From: a virus
Taxonomy: Duplodnaviria; Caudoviricetes
Virus record (IMG/VR): IMGVR_UViG_3300033150_000846
Coordinates: 276 to 64,275 of that record
Direction: 5' to 3' (one strand)
DNA: 64,000 nt
Of the stretch, positions 61,777 to 64,000 are shown one piece after another. Numbering within the stretch: position 1 is the stretch's first letter; each line of letters starts with the position of its first letter. The notes under the pieces are model-generated. The model had not been told where the DNA came from. It searched no databases and saw only the letters and a program-made list of their open reading frames with translations. The translations under genes and the position numbers were made by a program.

Positions 61777-63708
61777 ATGAAACGGTTTCTCCTTCTACTT
61801 ACCCTGGCAGCACTGACTTGGGGCCTGACAGCCCAAATTCACCGAAGCTTCGAGCCTCCTACCCGCCACGGGCGTGGCCTCGCAACAGCTCTTGGGCTCC
61901 CCGCCAATCCTGCCGCCCTCTACACCTTCGGCCCTGACGGCTCGCTGGTGCCCGGTGCGCGGTGGTTTCAGCCGGGGTGGAATTTGCTGCGGTGGTCGGA
62001 AACGTTTGACAATTCGGCGTGGCTGAAAGTCCGTACCACTGTCAACGCGAGTGGGACATCTCCAAGGGGTGCTACTGCATGGGCGCTTGCGGCAACTACC
62101 GACGGGCAGAGCCATAGGGTTCAGCAGAGCTTCAGTGGAGATCCAGGAGTCGTCTATACACTCTCGTGCGATGTCAAGGCTGCCGACAAGAGCGTTGCCT
62201 ATCTGGTCAGTGAGGCTACCAGTCCAACTGACTCAAATACCACTTACTTTGATCTGACCAATGGTGAAGTTCTAACATCTGGATCTAATCATAGCAACCC
62301 AACGATATCACCTCTTGGGGACGGTTGGTATCGAATCTCTGTTTCGTTCACCGGCTCGGATACGGAGTGTTGTGTTCACGTGGCCTTTGCAGAGGCTGAT
62401 GGCGATCCAGAATGGACCGGTGATGGTACGACCATTGATGGCTATGCTACGGCAATGCAACTTGAACCCGGCACCTCTCTCAGCGCCTACCAAAAAACCG
62501 AAGCCCAGCAAACCTTCCATGACTGGTCGGGCAACGGATTCGACGCCGTTCGCGGCTCCACAGAGAACGTGGACACCAACGACCCGCAGTCGACGCCGAG
62601 CAGCCGGAACCTCCTGGCGCCGGGGAGCACGGAAGATTTCGAGCACACGGCGTGGAATTCAAGCAAGGTTACGGTGACTGCAAACTACGATGGCGTCGCT
62701 GATTTATTGGTAGGTACGGGTGGTGGGTATATTCACCAGACAGTCTCAGTCATTCCAGGAGCAAGTTATACCTTCCAATTTGCAGCCAAGAAGCACGGTA
62801 CGTGCACCATTGCGCAGTATTCGGTATTCGATCTTACTCACACAGCCGATATTATTCCTACGACAAATTATGCAGACACCTTGTCGTCTGATTCTTATAC
62901 TACTGTAACGGTCCCTTTTACTGTGCCTGAAGGGTGTGACTCGGTCTCAACCTACGTTTTAAGGGGTTCTGCGGCGGGACAAACGTCAGTTTTGGTGAAA
63001 AATGTCCAGCTCGAAACCGGCTCCACCGCAACCGCCTACACCAACCCGGCCGAGGAGAGCCTGGTGCAGGGGGCGACGTTTGATGGGACGGATGATTATG
63101 TAGCGACACGTCTTACAGTGGCGGGCAATAGGGCCATTGTCGCTCTGGTTCGCAACGATGGCCCTACGGCTCCTGACTTTCAGATAGTTGCTGGCCGTGG
63201 AGGTTGCTATGTCGGTTTCAAGAACACCGTTGAACGGTTCGTGGCTTGCCACCCATATGGAGGAGTGGGGGAATGTGGCAGCTTTGGTAATGCTCCGCTG
63301 TATAAACAGTGGGTACTGGTGGCGCGAGTTGCCGAGGACACTGCCCTAGTAGGGTATATAGGTGATCAGCGATTCACTGTTGCGTCCGGCTTGACGGATC
63401 CTGATAACGGTACGTTCAACCGTATTGGCGACAACGGCGCCGGGTTATGGTGGTGGAATGGTCAGATCGCCCTTATCGCCGTTTACTCCCGCGCTCTCAG
63501 CGCCGCCGAGATCCAGCGCTCCTACCGTAGCATTGCCCGGCTCTACTGGGACTACAGGAGCATTTGCGTGAGTGGCTGGGAATCGCACTGCCAAAGCCCG
63601 CCGTTGCACGCCAAGCTTCTTGCGCCATGGCAACCTGACGGCACTTGGGCGTTGGCGATGCTGCCGAGGAAGCTGGGGCTGGTGCCGGTTTGGAGGGAGG
63701 CGCAATGA
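61777..63708 (+). CDS. Fibre or adhesin-like protein: signal peptide, two carbohydrate-binding-like modules and a LamG-like domain
   Basis: MKRFLLLLTLAALTWGLTAQ; two NLL..SE.F....W...QLE.G....AY modules; DWSGNG, FDGTDDYV and YSRALSAAEI motifs. Confidence 0.75.
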   Translation: MKRFLLLLTLAALTWGLTAQIHRSFEPPTRHGRGLATALGLPANPAALYTFGPDGSLVPGARWFQPGWNLLRWSETFDNSAWLKVRTTVNASGTSPRGATAWALAATTDGQSHRVQQSFSGDPGVVYTLSCDVKAADKSVAYLVSEATSPTDSNTTYFDLTNGEVLTSGSNHSNPTISPLGDGWYRISVSFTGSDTECCVHVAFAEADGDPEWTGDGTTIDGYATAMQLEPGTSLSAYQKTEAQQTFHDWSGNGFDAVRGSTENVDTNDPQSTPSSRNLLAPGSTEDFEHTAWNSSKVTVTANYDGVADLLVGTGGGYIHQTVSVIPGASYTFQFAAKKHGTCTIAQYSVFDLTHTADIIPTTNYADTLSSDSYTTVTVPFTVPEGCDSVSTYVLRGSAAGQTSVLVKNVQLETGSTATAYTNPAEESLVQGATFDGTDDYVATRLTVAGNRAIVALVRNDGPTAPDFQIVAGRGGCYVGFKNTVERFVACHPYGGVGECGSFGNAPLYKQWVLVARVAEDTALVGYIGDQRFTVASGLTDPDNGTFNRIGDNGAGLWWWNGQIALIAVYSRALSAAEIQRSYRSIARLYWDYRSICVSGWESHCQSPPLHAKLLAPWQPDGTWALAMLPRKLGLVPVWREAQ

Positions 63709-63920
63709 CGAACTTCGACAAAGTTGCATTGGCGTTCATCTTGATGCTACTGGCGTTCGTCCCGGACCGGCGTCTTAGGGTGCGCTACGAGTCAGTGGAC
63801 GTAGACGTTTGCCACGAGGTCGTTGTCTTGACGTGTGCTCAGGCCTTGTCGCTGGACAGAATCCAGCAAATCACCCAGCAGATGCAGCGGAGGCTTCTGC
63901 CGGTCGGAGGTGAGAGATGA
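63705..63920 (+). CDS. Small membrane-anchored hypothetical protein
   Basis: GGAGG SD, ATGA overlap and hydrophobic N-terminus. Confidence 0.5.
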   Translation: MTNFDKVALAFILMLLAFVPDRRLRVRYESVDVDVCHEVVVLTCAQALSLDRIQQITQQMQRRLLPVGGER

Positions 63921-64000
63921 AAGAAAACAACAAGGATGATCTCTATCGTAAGAAGCCAGTGATCGTCCGGGCGCGGCGCTGCACAGAGCGAACCGTGATC

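Larger units (their letters stand above)
1..64000. mobile_element. Tailed bacteriophage genome (podovirus-like), most or all of it, probably circularly permuted
   Basis: Terminase, portal, scaffold, capsid, tail and ejection genes and PolA in two divergent blocks. No host housekeeping genes and no recognisable integrase. Confidence 0.93.

Noticed and set aside
1-64000. Stop-codon reassignment
   Set aside because: Conserved genes are full length in the standard code, TAG, TGA and TAA all end genes at sensible positions, and there is no suppressor tRNA.

Overview
The window is most or all of a tailed dsDNA phage genome with podovirus-like architecture, apparently circularly permuted, and no integrase or repressor is recognisable. 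A rightward arm (50.3-64 kb continuing into 0-23 kb) carries a terminase split into two genes, portal, scaffold, a major capsid gene interrupted by a group I intron with a LAGLIDADG ORF, adaptor, tail and ejection proteins, signal-peptide-bearing fibre-like proteins, tRNA-Thr(TGT) and a SleB-type lysin. A leftward arm (23-49.3 kb) carries early and replication genes: a UDG-PolA fusion, a DUF3987 ATPase, SSB, AAA_24, a PD-(D/E)XK nuclease, RNA ligase, a ClpB-like ATPase, an amidoligase/ATP-grasp/GATase cluster, two Csx16-like proteins and many tandem paralogues. The arms diverge at a non-coding region with inverted 14-bp repeats and IHF-like sites. The most striking unexplained signal is a 15-bp sequence, ACCCCGCTGCCAAAC, found 16 times on both strands, mostly inside genes and in five reading frames. 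One copy forms the single-stranded 5' end of a predicted ~60-nt small RNA (near-consensus sigma70 promoter, motif, terminator hairpin) at 22.4 kb. I saw no primase gene, so an RNA-primed or RNA-guided system acting on the phage's own DNA is a testable hypothesis. All product calls come from motif recognition by eye; no database searches were run.
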